This document shows, in pieces, positions 46,395 to 61,298 of a stretch of 64,000 nt of DNA. The notes below the pieces were generated by a model that was not told the DNA's origin, made no database searches, and saw nothing but the letters and a program-made list of their open reading frames with translations. Each line of letters opens with the position of its first letter. Positions within the stretch are counted from its first letter, which is position 1. The DNA comes from Escherichia coli (GTDB lineage Bacteria; Pseudomonadota; Gammaproteobacteria; Enterobacterales; Enterobacteriaceae): NCBI RefSeq assembly GCF_045037415.1, contig NZ_CP173438.1, one strand, 5' to 3'. Both the position numbers and the translations under genes were made by a program.

Positions 46395-47273
46395 TTAACC
46401 TCCCACGGTAACCTGAAATCCGGCCCGTTCTGCCATTTCACGCATCGTTGCCACATCGGCTGACGACGGCGCAGCAACCTCTTTCATCGACCATGTTTTC
46501 CCCAGCAGGCGGTATTTCGGCTCGCCGTACTGATGAAACGGTAACAGATGGATCTGCTTGATATTCAGCGGGATCAGCACGTCCAGCGCCTGCTGCATAT
46601 TCTCCCGGCTGAGCGTGAAACCAGGGATCAGCGGTAAACGCGGGATCACGTTGACACCCTCACTCACCAGCAAACGCAGATTCTCCAGCACGCGTTGCAG
46701 GTTCATCTTCACCACATCCCGCGCCTGAGCCGCATCCATAATTTTTAAATCGAACAACACTTCATCGCACAATTTCGCCAGCGGTAACAGCTTGCTGGCT
46801 GGCGCGTCTCCGGCAGTTTCGATGGCGCATGACACACCCCATAGCCGCAGTCGCTGTAAAAAACGGGTCGCAAACTCCGCCTGCATTAACACTTCGCCGC
46901 CAGAAAGCGTGACGCCGCCGCCGGACGTGCGAAAGAAAATGTCATCTTTCATCACTTCCCGTTCCAGCGCGTCAAGGCTGATATCGCGGCCAATCCGTTC
47001 AAATGCCCCGGAGGGGCATTCATCCGCATCACGCAAACATTTCGCGCAGTGCAGACATTTCGCCTCTCTGCGCACCGTCTGGATTTTGCCGGAGATCGAC
47101 TCCGGATTAGCACACCATGGGCAAAGATGCGGACAGCCTTTAAAAAAGACCACCGTACGAATGCCCTCGCCGTCATTCAGTGAATAACGCTGAATGTTGA
47201 AAATGCGCGCCACATCATCGCGGCGCGTTTCCACAACGTTACAGCTGATGCGCTGTCCGGCGGATGATGTCAT
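46395..47273 (-). CDS. pflC: Glycyl-radical enzyme activating enzyme (radical SAM)
   Basis: Track ORF is 315 aa; trimmed to MTSSAGQRISC (292 aa); CxxxCxxC cluster CPHLCPWC. Confidence 0.88.
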   Translation of the reverse strand: MTSSAGQRISCNVVETRRDDVARIFNIQRYSLNDGEGIRTVVFFKGCPHLCPWCANPESISGKIQTVRREAKCLHCAKCLRDADECPSGAFERIGRDISLDALEREVMKDDIFFRTSGGGVTLSGGEVLMQAEFATRFLQRLRLWGVSCAIETAGDAPASKLLPLAKLCDEVLFDLKIMDAAQARDVVKMNLQRVLENLRLLVSEGVNVIPRLPLIPGFTLSRENMQQALDVLIPLNIKQIHLLPFHQYGEPKYRLLGKTWSMKEVAAPSSADVATMREMAERAGFQVTVGG

Positions 47274-49536
47274 CCTGGATCTCCTTCGACAGTTCGACAA
47301 AGAAGGCGCTGTATCCGGCAACGCGCACCACCAGCCCGGCATAATCTTGTGGGCGCTGTTGCGCTTCCCGTAACGTGTCGGCGTTCACCACGTTAAACTG
47401 AATATGCTGCAACTTAAGCTGGGTAAACGCCCGTAAGAAGTCGGCCAGTTTGCGTAATCCCGCTTCACCTTCGAGGGTCGCCGGAGTGAATTTCACGTTC
47501 AGCAATGTACCGTTAGAAAGCAGTGTGTTATCGAGCTTACTGACTGATTTCAGTACCGCCGTTGGTCCTTGTGCGTCCTGACCCAGCATGGGTGACAAGC
47601 CACCGTCTGCCAGTTGCTCTCCGGCAAAGCGACCGTCTGGCGTCGCGCCAACCACCGCTCCCAACGGGACATGAGCAGAAACGGTATACGATCCCGGCGT
47701 GAAGTAGCCGCCGCGCGGGTTCTGGTATTTTTCCACTTCTTTGCAGTAGTGGCGTAACAGTTCGGCGCTAATGTTATCCACCTCGTCGATATCGTTACCG
47801 TATTTCTCGAAGCGGTTAATTAAGCGAGCGCGGACTTTTTCGCCTTCTGGCGTGGCGAAGTTGGCTTTTAATACCGACAGCAATTCGTCAAAACTTAAAC
47901 GCTGTTGATCAAAAATCATCCCTTTCAACGCATGGAGAGAATCGCTCAGGTTGGCGATACCGATCCCCTGTACGCCGGAGAAGTTATAACGCGCGCCGCC
48001 ATCGGTAATATCGCGACCTTTTTCCAGACAATCGCTGATAAAAGACGAGAGTAGCGGTACAGGTGCCCAGTCGCGATGGCCGATATCACAAATATTGCTG
48101 CCCTCAACCATCAGGGTGATGTAGTGGCTGATCTTGGCGCGGATCTGTTCCAGTAAACCTTCATAAGTCAGCGCAGCGTTGCCTTCATTTTCATGCAGGC
48201 AGATTTCCATCACTTTCAGCAGGTTAAACATCGCGATGTCATGCAAGCCGTAGGTTCTGCCGGGAATAGATAATTCCACACAGCCCACTACGGAATAGTC
48301 GCGCGCATCTTCCAGCAAAACGCCACGGTTGAGGAACGCTGGCACTACCACTTCATCGTTAAAGATTTGCGGAATACCGGTGCCGAGGCGAATGGTTTCT
48401 GCGGTTTTCATCAGGAACGGCGTGTCGATCAAGGCGTTAGTGCGCACGCCGAGGTTCGGTTGCGGTAATTGCACGCTTTGATAAGCGTCAAGGCAAAGGA
48501 ACGAAAGCACGTTCACCGCGCTACGTCCGTTCTCGGTTAACCCGCCGAGCAGTGCGGTATAGCCGGTAGGGAAACCGGCGAAATAACGCGCGCTACTGGT
48601 GGAGCGCAACAGCACGATGTCGTTGCATTTCACCCATAAAGATTCGAGCAGTTCTTTCAGGAATGCCGGATCTTCGCCCTGGGTTAATGATGTCTGATAG
48701 AACGGCAACATATACTGGTCGAAGCGCCCCAACGATAGCGAACTGGCGTTGGATTCGTATTGCAGAATGATGTTCATGTACCAGAATAACTGGCACGCCT
48801 GCCAGAACGTCTGCGGCTTATGTTCGGCGTTATGGCGGGAGATCTCCGCAATAGTCAGCAATTCTTCGCGACGCGGGCCATCAGTGCAGCTTGCCGCCAT
48901 CGTTTCCGCCAGTTCGGCGTAACGCAAAATATGTTTCTGCGAGGCTTCCAGCAGTAACAGCGCTGCCTGATAAAAGTGATTCTCCGGCTGTTGCTGACAA
49001 TGTTGCTGCATCTGTGCCACCAGCTCCCCCAGCCCGTGATTCAGCAGGCGCGGGTAATCAATAATAATGTGCCCCTGGCCTTTATCCGTCTGGTTGATGC
49101 TGAAAATCTGCGTGCTGGTCGCGGCTTTTACTTCATCCGTCATCTGCCCGTTGATGAAATCTTTCATCGAACGTTTTTCCCAGTACGGGAACAACTCTTC
49201 GCGGTAGATACGTTTATCTTCTTCGCTGATAGCAAAGCGGTCCTGCGGACGCGTCGGGAATTGATCCAGTTCTTTCAGCAGCCAGTAAGGGTCCATTTCC
49301 GGCGACATAATCCCGGCGCGTGGTTTTACGGTGCGGTTACCGGCAATCAGTTCTTCATCACGAATCGAAATTTCAACGTGTTCAAGGATATACGCTGTTG
49401 CTTTCGCCCGACGCATTATCACCGGCTCCCCTTCGGTTTGCCGATGGCTGGCGGTATAAAGCAACGCCCGCTCCAGCGAGATTTCACGGGTATTGGCAAA
49501 CAGTGCAGTTTTGAGGCGAGAGATACGATTCGTCAT
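47239..49536 (-). CDS. pflD: Pyruvate formate-lyase-like glycyl radical enzyme
   Basis: 765 aa; glycyl radical motif RVAGYSA near the C-terminus. Confidence 0.93.
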   Translation of the reverse strand: MTNRISRLKTALFANTREISLERALLYTASHRQTEGEPVIMRRAKATAYILEHVEISIRDEELIAGNRTVKPRAGIMSPEMDPYWLLKELDQFPTRPQDRFAISEEDKRIYREELFPYWEKRSMKDFINGQMTDEVKAATSTQIFSINQTDKGQGHIIIDYPRLLNHGLGELVAQMQQHCQQQPENHFYQAALLLLEASQKHILRYAELAETMAASCTDGPRREELLTIAEISRHNAEHKPQTFWQACQLFWYMNIILQYESNASSLSLGRFDQYMLPFYQTSLTQGEDPAFLKELLESLWVKCNDIVLLRSTSSARYFAGFPTGYTALLGGLTENGRSAVNVLSFLCLDAYQSVQLPQPNLGVRTNALIDTPFLMKTAETIRLGTGIPQIFNDEVVVPAFLNRGVLLEDARDYSVVGCVELSIPGRTYGLHDIAMFNLLKVMEICLHENEGNAALTYEGLLEQIRAKISHYITLMVEGSNICDIGHRDWAPVPLLSSFISDCLEKGRDITDGGARYNFSGVQGIGIANLSDSLHALKGMIFDQQRLSFDELLSVLKANFATPEGEKVRARLINRFEKYGNDIDEVDNISAELLRHYCKEVEKYQNPRGGYFTPGSYTVSAHVPLGAVVGATPDGRFAGEQLADGGLSPMLGQDAQGPTAVLKSVSKLDNTLLSNGTLLNVKFTPATLEGEAGLRKLADFLRAFTQLKLQHIQFNVVNADTLREAQQRPQDYAGLVVRVAGYSAFFVELSKEIQDDIIRRTAHQL

Positions 49537-49586
49537 GAGGAACTCCTGTGGGAAAGCGAACCCGCCCTTGCGGGCGGGATAAGAAC

Positions 49587-49907
49587 TTAAGCGGTTTGTG
49601 CCAGGTGAGCTTCAATTTTGCTCATAATGGCGTCAGCACGCTTTACCGCGTCGCTGATGTTGACACGCACGATAGTCTTGCCAGCAAAACGCTCTTCAAA
49701 TTTGATGCCGATATCTTTGGTCAAAATCACCATATCGGCGCTTGCCACGTCTTCCGCAGTCAGTTCATTTTCCAGACCAATCGACCCCTGGGTTTCTACT
49801 TTTACTTCCCAGCCTTTCGCTTTCGCGGCGCTTTCCAGCGCCTCTGCCGCCATATAAGTATGGGCAACACCTGAAGGACATGCGGTTACTGCGATAATTT
49901 TCGTCAT
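49587..49907 (-). CDS. frwB: PTS fructose-like IIB component
   Basis: 106 aa; MTKIIAVTACPSGVAHTYMAAEALE. Confidence 0.9.
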   Translation of the reverse strand: MTKIIAVTACPSGVAHTYMAAEALESAAKAKGWEVKVETQGSIGLENELTAEDVASADMVILTKDIGIKFEERFAGKTIVRVNISDAVKRADAIMSKIEAHLAQTA

Positions 49908-49921
49908 GGCTCGTTCCTCAA

Positions 49922-51001
49922 TTAATTAATTTCAAAATCCAGATCCAGGTCGTCTTCCTTCTCTTCAGTTGAAGACCCATTTTTACGCGCCAGACTTTTC
50001 AGCACGTTCACGCAGACTGCCGTCACAACCGCCCCGACAGCCACTGCCGCGATGTAACCCAACTTACCTTCAACCACCGGCAGCACAATCAGACCACCCC
50101 AGCCTGCATAGCACTGCGCACCGACCAGCGCCGCAGTTACCGCACCACAAACTGAACCGACCATGATGGAAGGAATGACACGCAGCGGATCGGCAGCGGC
50201 GAAAGGAATCGCCCCTTCAGTAACGCCAACACAGCCCATCACCAGTGCCGCCTTGCCGGTTTCGCGCTCTTCTGCGGAGAAATTTTTACGACCAATCAGC
50301 GTCGCCAGCCCCATCCCCAGCGGTGGAACACAAATCCCAACAGCGGCAATAGCCACCACGGTATAAACACCCTGAGCAACGCAAATCAGCATGAAGGCAT
50401 AGGCCACTTTGTTAACCGGGCCGCCCATATCGAACGCCAGCATCAGACCCATGATCACCGCCAGCATAACAATGCTGCCCTGCTGCATCCCCTGAAGCCA
50501 CTGGGTCAGGCTGTTGGTCAACGCCCCCACCGGCTCGCCCAGCCCCCACATCATGACGCCAGCGGTAATCAGTGTGCCGACGATTGGAATGATGAAGATT
50601 GGCATTACCGAGCGCAGAACTTTATGCACTGGAATTTTCTTCAGGTAATGCACCACGATGCCGCCGATAATCCCGGCGATCAGCGCACCAAAGAAGCCCG
50701 CGCCAAAGCTGTTACCAACCCAGGCACCGATAGCGCATGGAGCCAGCGCAGAACGTTCTGCAATGGAATAACCGATGTAAGCGGCGAGGAAAGGCACCAT
50801 CAGCGTCAAACCTGCAACGCCGATATCAAACAGTTTTTTCAGATTCGGATCGGCTACGGCATCCGGCACTGCGCCTTTGCCATACAACATGACGGAAACC
50901 GCCAGCAAAATACCGCCCGATACCACGAAGGGAATCATGTGTGAAACGCCCGTCATTAAATGCTGACGGGTATTTTTCAGGATCTGCACCAACTCATTCA
51001 T
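49922..51001 (-). CDS. frwC: PTS fructose-like IIC permease
   Basis: 359 aa, polytopic membrane protein. Confidence 0.92.
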   Translation of the reverse strand: MNELVQILKNTRQHLMTGVSHMIPFVVSGGILLAVSVMLYGKGAVPDAVADPNLKKLFDIGVAGLTLMVPFLAAYIGYSIAERSALAPCAIGAWVGNSFGAGFFGALIAGIIGGIVVHYLKKIPVHKVLRSVMPIFIIPIVGTLITAGVMMWGLGEPVGALTNSLTQWLQGMQQGSIVMLAVIMGLMLAFDMGGPVNKVAYAFMLICVAQGVYTVVAIAAVGICVPPLGMGLATLIGRKNFSAEERETGKAALVMGCVGVTEGAIPFAAADPLRVIPSIMVGSVCGAVTAALVGAQCYAGWGGLIVLPVVEGKLGYIAAVAVGAVVTAVCVNVLKSLARKNGSSTEEKEDDLDLDFEIN

Positions 51002-51309
51002 AAGCTGCTCCCGGGCTTGCGAAAGCCCATGTCCATATTTTTGATGGAAGAAACAATAGGCAATCGCAGGCGGAGCAAACAGTGGATAAAAAGGCCATTT
51101 ACTGGACTTTTGTAATATCAGTACAAAAATGCGATCCGCCTCATAACTTGCGATAATCCGGAAGTACGCCGCAAAACGGCGTCTTGTGAGACGCGTCGCA
51201 AATTGACGGTTACATTACATTTGTCCAGCTTTTGGCAGATTTGTCACATGGCAGGCCGTTGCCGTGCGCTCTTATCCTGTAAACAGAAAACCGTACCGGG
51301 AGAAAGGCA

Positions 51310-53811
51310 ATGGCCCTGATTGTGGAATTTATTTGTGAGCTACCTAACGGCGTCCATGCGCGTCCGGCAAGCCACGTTGAAACGCTGTGTAATACTTTTT
51401 CATCACAAATTGAGTGGCATAACCTGCGCACTGACCGCAAGGGCAACGCCAAAAGCGCCCTTGCGCTGATTGGCACCGATACGCTGGTGGGCGATAACTG
51501 CCAGTTACTGATTTCCGGGGCCGACGAACAGGAAGCGCACCAGCGTTTAAGCCAATGGCTGCGCGATGAATTCCCCCACTGCGACGCACCGCTGGCGGAA
51601 GTAAAATCTGACGAACTGGAACCACTGCCGGTTTCACTGACCAATCTGAATCCGCAAATTATCCGCGCTCGCACCGTGTGCAGCGGTAGCGCAGGCGGCA
51701 TTCTGACGCCGATCTCTTCTTTAGATCTCAATGCGCTGGGTAATCTTCCCGCAGCCAAAGGCGTTGACGCCGAACAATCCGCACTGGAAAACGGTCTGAC
51801 GCTGGTACTGAAAAACATAGAGTTTCGTCTGCTGGATAGCGACGGTGCTACCAGCGCGATTCTGGAAGCGCACCGATCCCTGGCTGGCGATACTTCCCTG
51901 CGCGAACATTTACTGGCAGGTGTCAGCGCCGGATTAAGCTGCGCCGAAGCGATTGTTGCCAGTGCGAATCACTTTTGCGAAGAGTTCGCCCGTTCCAGCA
52001 GCAGTTACCTGCAAGAACGTGCCCTGGACGTACGCGACGTCTGCTTCCAGTTACTCCAGCAAATCTACGGTGAGCAACGCTTCCCGGCACCGGGCAAACT
52101 GACGCAGCCCGCCATTTGTATGGCTGATGAACTGACCCCCAGCCAGTTCCTCGAACTGGATAAAAATCATCTCAAAGGTCTGTTACTGAAAAGTGGCGGC
52201 ACCACATCACATACGGTGATCCTTGCCCGTTCGTTCAACATTCCGACGCTGGTAGGTGTGGATATTGATGCCCTTACTCCGTGGCAGCATCAGACGATTT
52301 ATATCGACGGCAACGCAGGGGCGATTGTGGTTGAGCCAGGGGAATCCGTGGCCCGTTATTATCAGCAAGAAGCCCGCGTACAGGACGCTCTGCGTGAGCA
52401 ACAGCGTGTCTGGCTGACCCAGCAAGCGCGTACCGCTGACGGTATCCGCATTGAAATTGCCGCTAACATCGCTCACTCCGTGGAAGCGCAGGCCGCATTC
52501 GGCAATGGTGCGGAAGGCGTTGGTTTGTTCCGCACTGAAATGCTCTATATGGATCGCACCAGTGCACCGGGTGAAAGCGAGCTGTACAACATCTTTTGTC
52601 AGGCGCTGGAGTCTGCCAACGGACGCAGCATTATTGTGCGCACTATGGACATTGGTGGTGACAAACCCGTTGATTATCTGAACATTCCCGCAGAAGCTAA
52701 CCCGTTCCTCGGTTATCGCGCGGTGCGTATTTATGAAGAATACGCGTCGTTGTTTACCACACAACTACGATCGATCCTGCGCGCCTCTGCTCACGGCAGC
52801 CTGAAAATCATGATCCCGATGATCTCCTCAATGGAAGAGATCTTATGGGTGAAAGAAAAACTGGCGGAAGCCAAACAGCAACTGCGTAACGAACACATTC
52901 CGTTTGATGAGAAGATCCAGCTCGGCATCATGCTGGAAGTGCCGTCGGTGATGTTCATCATCGATCAATGCTGCGAAGAGATTGATTTCTTTAGTATTGG
53001 TAGTAATGACCTGACGCAATATCTACTGGCAGTGGATCGCGATAACGCTAAGGTGACTCGTCACTACAACAGCCTGAATCCGGCCTTCTTGCGGGCGCTC
53101 GATTACGCCGTGCAGGCGGTGCATCGCCAGGGCAAATGGATTGGTCTGTGCGGTGAACTGGGAGCGAAAGGTTCCGTGCTGCCGTTGCTGGTCGGTTTAG
53201 GGCTGGATGAACTCAGCATGAGCGCACCATCAATTCCGGCGGCGAAAGCGCGGATGGCGCAACTTGATAGCCGTGAGTGCCGCCAGTTGCTCAACCAGGC
53301 AATGGCCTGCCGTACTTCGCTGGAAGTGGAACACCTGCTGGCGCAATTCCGCATGACCCAACAGGACGCACCGCTGGTCACCGCCGAGTGCATCACACTG
53401 GAAAGCGACTGGCGCAGCAAAGAAGAAGTGCTCAAAGGCATGACCGATAACCTGCTGCTGGCGGGCCGCTGCCGCTATCCGCGTAAACTGGAAGCCGACT
53501 TGTGGGCGCGCGAGGCCGTTTTCTCTACCGGACTGGGCTTTAGTTTCGCCATTCCCCACAGTAAATCGGAACACATTGAGCAATCCACCATCAGCGTAGC
53601 GCGTCTGCAAGCGCCAGTGCGCTGGGGCGATGATGAAGCGCAATTCATCATTATGTTAACCCTGAACAAACACGCCGCGGGCGATCAACATATGCGCATT
53701 TTCTCGCGCCTCGCTCGTCGCATCATGCACGAAGAATTCCGTAATGCGCTGGTTAACGCCGCCTCTGCCGACGCTATCGCCAGCCTGCTGCAACATGAAC
53801 TGGAACTGTAA
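51310..53811 (+). CDS. ptsA: Multiphosphoryl transfer protein (HPr-EI-IIA fusion)
   Basis: 833 aa; HPr-like N-terminus, enzyme I core, IIA-like C-terminus; divergent from frwC. Confidence 0.92.
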   Translation: MALIVEFICELPNGVHARPASHVETLCNTFSSQIEWHNLRTDRKGNAKSALALIGTDTLVGDNCQLLISGADEQEAHQRLSQWLRDEFPHCDAPLAEVKSDELEPLPVSLTNLNPQIIRARTVCSGSAGGILTPISSLDLNALGNLPAAKGVDAEQSALENGLTLVLKNIEFRLLDSDGATSAILEAHRSLAGDTSLREHLLAGVSAGLSCAEAIVASANHFCEEFARSSSSYLQERALDVRDVCFQLLQQIYGEQRFPAPGKLTQPAICMADELTPSQFLELDKNHLKGLLLKSGGTTSHTVILARSFNIPTLVGVDIDALTPWQHQTIYIDGNAGAIVVEPGESVARYYQQEARVQDALREQQRVWLTQQARTADGIRIEIAANIAHSVEAQAAFGNGAEGVGLFRTEMLYMDRTSAPGESELYNIFCQALESANGRSIIVRTMDIGGDKPVDYLNIPAEANPFLGYRAVRIYEEYASLFTTQLRSILRASAHGSLKIMIPMISSMEEILWVKEKLAEAKQQLRNEHIPFDEKIQLGIMLEVPSVMFIIDQCCEEIDFFSIGSNDLTQYLLAVDRDNAKVTRHYNSLNPAFLRALDYAVQAVHRQGKWIGLCGELGAKGSVLPLLVGLGLDELSMSAPSIPAAKARMAQLDSRECRQLLNQAMACRTSLEVEHLLAQFRMTQQDAPLVTAECITLESDWRSKEEVLKGMTDNLLLAGRCRYPRKLEADLWAREAVFSTGLGFSFAIPHSKSEHIEQSTISVARLQAPVRWGDDEAQFIIMLTLNKHAAGDQHMRIFSRLARRIMHEEFRNALVNAASADAIASLLQHELEL

Positions 53812-53822
53812 AAGGAAACATC

Positions 53823-54485
53823 ATGGAACTGTATCTGGACACCGCTAACGTCGCAGAAGTCGAACGTCTGGCACGCATATTCCCGATTGCCGGGGTGACA
53901 ACTAACCCGAGCATTATCGCTGCCAGCAAGGAGTCCATCTGGGAAGTGCTGCCGCGCCTGCAAAAAGCGATCGGTGATGAGGGCATTCTGTTTGCTCAGA
54001 CCATGAGCCGCGACGCGCAGGGTATGGTGAAAGAAGCGAAACGCCTGCGCGACGCTATTCCGGGCATTGTGGTGAAAATTCCGGTAACCTCTGAAGGTCT
54101 GGCAGCAATTAAAATGCTGAAGAAAGAAGGCATTACTACGCTGGGAACCGCAGTGTACAGCGCCGCGCAAGGATTACTGGCGGCGCTGGCTGGAGCCAAA
54201 TACGTTGCTCCATACGTTAACCGCGTAGATGCCCAGGGCGGTGACGGCATTCGTACTGTACAGGAGTTGCAAGCGTTACTGGAAATGCATGCGCCAGAAA
54301 GCATGGTGCTGGCTGCCAGCTTTAAAACACCACGTCAGGCGCTGGATTGTTTGCTGGCAGGATGTGAATCCATCACACTGCCCTTAGATGTAGCGCAACA
54401 AATGCTTAACACCCCTGCGGTAGAGTCAGCTATAGAGAAGTTCGAGCACGACTGGAATGCCGCATTTGGCACTACTCATCTCTAA
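53823..54485 (+). CDS. fsaB: Fructose-6-phosphate aldolase 2
   Basis: 220 aa; transaldolase-like [13 protein letters not shown]. Confidence 0.92.
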
Positions 54486-54495
54486 AGGAGTAATT

Positions 54496-55599
54496 ATGGA
54501 CCGCATTATTCAATCACCAGGTAAATACATCCAGGGCGCAGATGTAATTAATCGTCTGGGCGAGTACCTGAAGCCACTGGCGGAACGCTGGTTAGTGGTG
54601 GGTGACAAATTTGTTTTAGGTTTTGCTCAATCCACTGTCGAGAAAAGCTTTAAAGATGCTGGACTGGTAGTAGAAATTGCGCCGTTTGGCGGTGAATGTT
54701 CGCAAAATGAGATCGACCGTCTGCGTGGCATCGCGGAGACTGCGCAGTGTGGCGCAATTCTCGGTATTGGTGGCGGAAAAACCCTCGATACTGCCAAAGC
54801 ACTGGCACATTTCATGGGTGTTCCGGTAGCGATCGCACCGACTATCGCTTCTACCGACGCACCGTGCAGCGCATTGTCTGTTATCTACACCGATGAGGGT
54901 GAGTTTGACCGCTATCTGCTGTTGCCAAATAACCCGAATATGGTCATTGTCGACACCAAAATCGTCGCTGGCGCGCCCGCGCGTCTGTTAGCGGCGGGTA
55001 TTGGCGATGCGCTGGCAACCTGGTTTGAAGCGCGTGCCTGTTCCCGTAGCGGCGCGACCACCATGGCGGGTGGCAAGTGCACTCAGGCAGCGCTGGCACT
55101 GGCTGAACTGTGCTACAACACCCTGCTGGAAGAAGGCGAAAAAGCGATGCTTGCCGCCGAACAGCATGTAGTGACTCCGGCGCTGGAGCGCGTGATTGAA
55201 GCGAACACCTATTTGAGTGGCGTTGGTTTTGAAAGCGGCGGGCTGGCGGCGGCACACGCGGTACATAACGGCCTGACCGCTATCCCGGACGCGCATCACT
55301 ATTATCATGGTGAAAAAGTGGCATTCGGTACGCTGACGCAGCTGGTTCTGGAAAACGCGCCGGTGGAGGAAATCGAAACCGTAGCTGCGCTTAGCCATGC
55401 GGTAGGTTTGCCAATAACTCTCGCTCAACTGGATATTAAAGAAGATGTCCCGGCAAAAATGCGAATTGTGGCAGAAGCGGCATGTGCAGAAGGTGAAACC
55501 ATCCACAACATGCCTGGCGGCGCGACGCCAGATCAGGTTTACGCCGCACTGCTGGTAGCCGACCAGTATGGTCAGCGTTTCCTGCAAGAGTGGGAATAA
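54496..55599 (+). CDS. gldA: Glycerol dehydrogenase
   Basis: Track ORF is 380 aa; trimmed to [17 protein letters not shown] (367 aa). Confidence 0.93.
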
Positions 55600-55607
55600 T
55601 CTACTCC

Positions 55608-55632
55608 AAACTCCCGGCTTGTCCGGGAGTTT
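55608..55632 (+). terminator. gldA intrinsic terminator
   Basis: Hairpin aaactcccggc-ttg-tccgggagttt directly after the gldA stop. Confidence 0.55.
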
Positions 55633-55644
55633 GAACGCAAAATT

Positions 55645-55744
55645 GCCTGATGCGCTACGCTTATCAGGCCTACGCAATCTCTGCAATATAGTAAATTTAC
55701 GTACTTTTGTAGACCGGATAAGGCGTTCACGCCGCATCCGGCAC
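55645..55744. repeat. REP elements (two units)
   Basis: gcctgatgcgctacgcttatcaggcctac and gtagaccggataaggcgttcacgccgcatccggcac. Confidence 0.7.
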
Positions 55745-55874
55745 GCTGTGCCAGTAATCTGAAACTTCCACGTTGTTCGGGTGTTTTTTTATCCGCTTCT
55801 GGACATTTTCTCCACAGAACAATCGTTAGCCCGGAAGGTCGAATCTGTGACTCTTATTTTCACGGACGAAACAG

Positions 55875-56492
55875 ATGAAAGCTTCACTGGCGTTATTCAG
55901 TCTTCTGACGGTATTTACCAGTTACTCCTTAAAATCTCCCGCCGTTCCACCAACCGTGGTACAAATCCAGGCCAACACCAATCTTGCCATCGCAGACGGC
56001 GCCAGACAGCAAATCGGCAGCACGCTATTTTACGATCCGGCGTATGTGCAGCTTACCTATCCTGGCGGTGATGTCCCGCAAGAACGCGGCGTATGTTCCG
56101 ATGTGGTGATCCGTGCATTGCGCAGCCAGAAGGTCGATTTGCAGAAACTGGTGCACGAAGATATGGCGAAGAATTTTGCTGCGTACCCGCAAAAATGGCA
56201 GTTAAAGCGCCCGGACAGCAACATCGATCACCGTCGGGTGCCTAATCTGGAAACCTGGTTTACCCGCCACGATAAAACACGCCCCACCAGCAAGAACCCC
56301 AGTGACTATCAAGCGGGCGATATTGTCTCCTGGCGATTAGATAACGGGCTGGCACATATTGGGGTGGTGTCAGATGGCTTCGCCCGCGACGGTACGCCGC
56401 TGGTGATACATAACATTGGCGCAGGCGCGCAGGAAGAAGATGTACTGTTTAGCTGGCGGATGGTGGGGCACTATCGGTATTTTGCTAAATAA
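55875..56492 (+). CDS. yijF: Secreted protein YijF
   Basis: 205 aa with N-terminal signal peptide. Confidence 0.88.
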   Translation: MKASLALFSLLTVFTSYSLKSPAVPPTVVQIQANTNLAIADGARQQIGSTLFYDPAYVQLTYPGGDVPQERGVCSDVVIRALRSQKVDLQKLVHEDMAKNFAAYPQKWQLKRPDSNIDHRRVPNLETWFTRHDKTRPTSKNPSDYQAGDIVSWRLDNGLAHIGVVSDGFARDGTPLVIHNIGAGAQEEDVLFSWRMVGHYRYFAK

Positions 56493-56518
56493 GAGATCTC
56501 CCCACATGAAGAAAAAAT

Positions 56519-57424
56519 TCAGATCCTTTTTACACTGACGGCTTCTTTTTTCTTACGGCTCACCAGCGCCAGTGCCAGTACAATCAGCACAATACCGCTA
56601 CCTTCAACTGCCCCCGGATTCTCACCGAGCAGCCACCAGGAAAAGAGTACGCCGCAAACGGGAACGGCCAGTGTGCTTAAGCTGGCAATACTGGCAGGCA
56701 AGTTTTTCAATACAAACAACCATAAGCTCCACGCCAGCGCTGTCGCCAGAATCGCACTGTAGGCCAGCGCCCAGAACACGGTGGGTTGCCAGTCAATTTC
56801 ACGTTGCGGCACCAGTAAAGCGACCACGCTCATCACCAGCGCCGCATACAGCATCTGCCAGGATGTTAGCGACAATAAATCCACGCGCGGATGGCGGGCA
56901 TACAGACGTTTAGCAACAATCGCGCTCGCCCCCCAACTCACACCGGAGAGGATTGCCAGCATGGCACTTTTCATCGAAGAGAAATCGAGTTGCCACGGCT
57001 GCAACACCAAAAATAAGCCGAAAGCGGCAATCAGTATCGCGAAATATTGCCCACGTCGCAGGCGTTCACCGAGAAACAACGCGGCGAAAATCACCACCCA
57101 GAACGGCATGGTATAGCTCAGGATTGCCACCTTCCCCGCTCCGCCGCTGACCAGCGCCCACTGTGCCAGGCCAACCATCCCGCAGGTTTGTAACAGGGCA
57201 ATGGCTAAGGTGTATTTAAACGGCGTCGGGCGCATTCCGCGACCACGTAATAAAAGAACGATGAATAAAACGAGAGCGCCGAAAATGCAGCGTAAGGCGG
57301 TGAAGTCGAAGGCACCGATGTAGCTGGTGACTTGCTTCATGAAAATCCAGCTATAACTCCAGATAAGTGTGAGCACAACCAGGCCACTGATTGCCAGTGG
57401 GTTGCTCTTTCCTGCGGCAGACAT
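56519..57424 (-). CDS. yijE: EamA/DMT-family inner-membrane transporter
   Basis: Track ORF is 323 aa; trimmed to [14 protein letters not shown] (301 aa); ten-helix DMT-like profile. Confidence 0.88.
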
Positions 57425-57517
57425 GAGAGATCCAGTGTGTAGTTTTCCTGTGGACACTATACGCCGGTAAAGAAACTTCAGCGACTGCATGAAAGGCAGT
57501 CGCTGAAGAAGGTCAGA

Positions 57518-59830
<2,313 letters not shown>

Positions 59831-60026
59831 CGTAATTAAGACTTTTTGATTATGTCCGATTTAGGACAAATGCTTTATAAAAAAGGGTTTTAGATTTGTA
59901 TCCTTCAAGTAATGAGGGAGAAAACAAGGCTGATAACCTTATTTTCCCGCCCTCATTTCGAGGCAGCATTTTGTGCTCTGTTTAAAATTTGTGAACACTG
60001 TGTGATTTTCACAAAAGGCACAATAC

Positions 60027-60920
<894 letters not shown>

Positions 60921-60949
60921 TTACCTCATCAATCGCTTATCGTTATATG

Positions 60950-60995
60950 TTGTGTTGTGCACATCTATCCGTTTAGACGTCCAGATGTAAAGATG
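60950..60995 (-). promoter_or_regulatory. metF promoter with tandem MetJ-box-like 8-mers
   Basis: Minus strand reads ACATCTGGACGTCTAAACGGATAGATGT, resembling repeated AGACGTCT met boxes, just upstream of metF. Confidence 0.6.
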
Positions 60996-61213
60996 AAGGA
61001 AAAGCCGAAGGGCGTCAACCGAAAAATAACCAATGATGGTGAGGAAAAATCAGGGAAGATGAAAAAAACTCATCTTAATTAGAGGCGATAAAAGATTTCT
61101 CTATAGCGCAATCCACCTCGCACGTTTTGACTCATATTCTGACAACACAGCGACACCTGGGCTAATTCGAAAAACAACGTCCTGCCACCGGATGGTGATG
61201 TTAAGGCATCTGA

Positions 61214-61241
61214 TTCGGCCTGCGCCCTCGCGTAGGCCGAA
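61214..61241. repeat. REP-like imperfect palindrome
   Basis: ttcggcctgcg-ccctcg-cgtaggccgaa; no adjacent T-run, so probably not an intrinsic terminator. Confidence 0.35.
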
Positions 61242-61298
61242 TACAGGATCTGCGCAATCAACGGGTAACAAACAGTTGAGTCAATTCAGTGCGCACTT

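Noticed and set aside
51210-55737. Minus-strand ORFs of 100-250 aa antisense to ptsA, fsaB and gldA (for example 51210..51818, 52207..52764, 53685..54170, 54988..55737)
   Set aside because: Fully nested antisense within conserved genes whose full-length products are recognisable; no supporting signals.
61079-61261. 60-aa minus-strand ORF between metF and the nucleotidase gene
   Set aside because: It covers a REP-like palindrome and the nucleotidase 3' flank, has no recognisable motif, and is more plausibly non-coding spacer.
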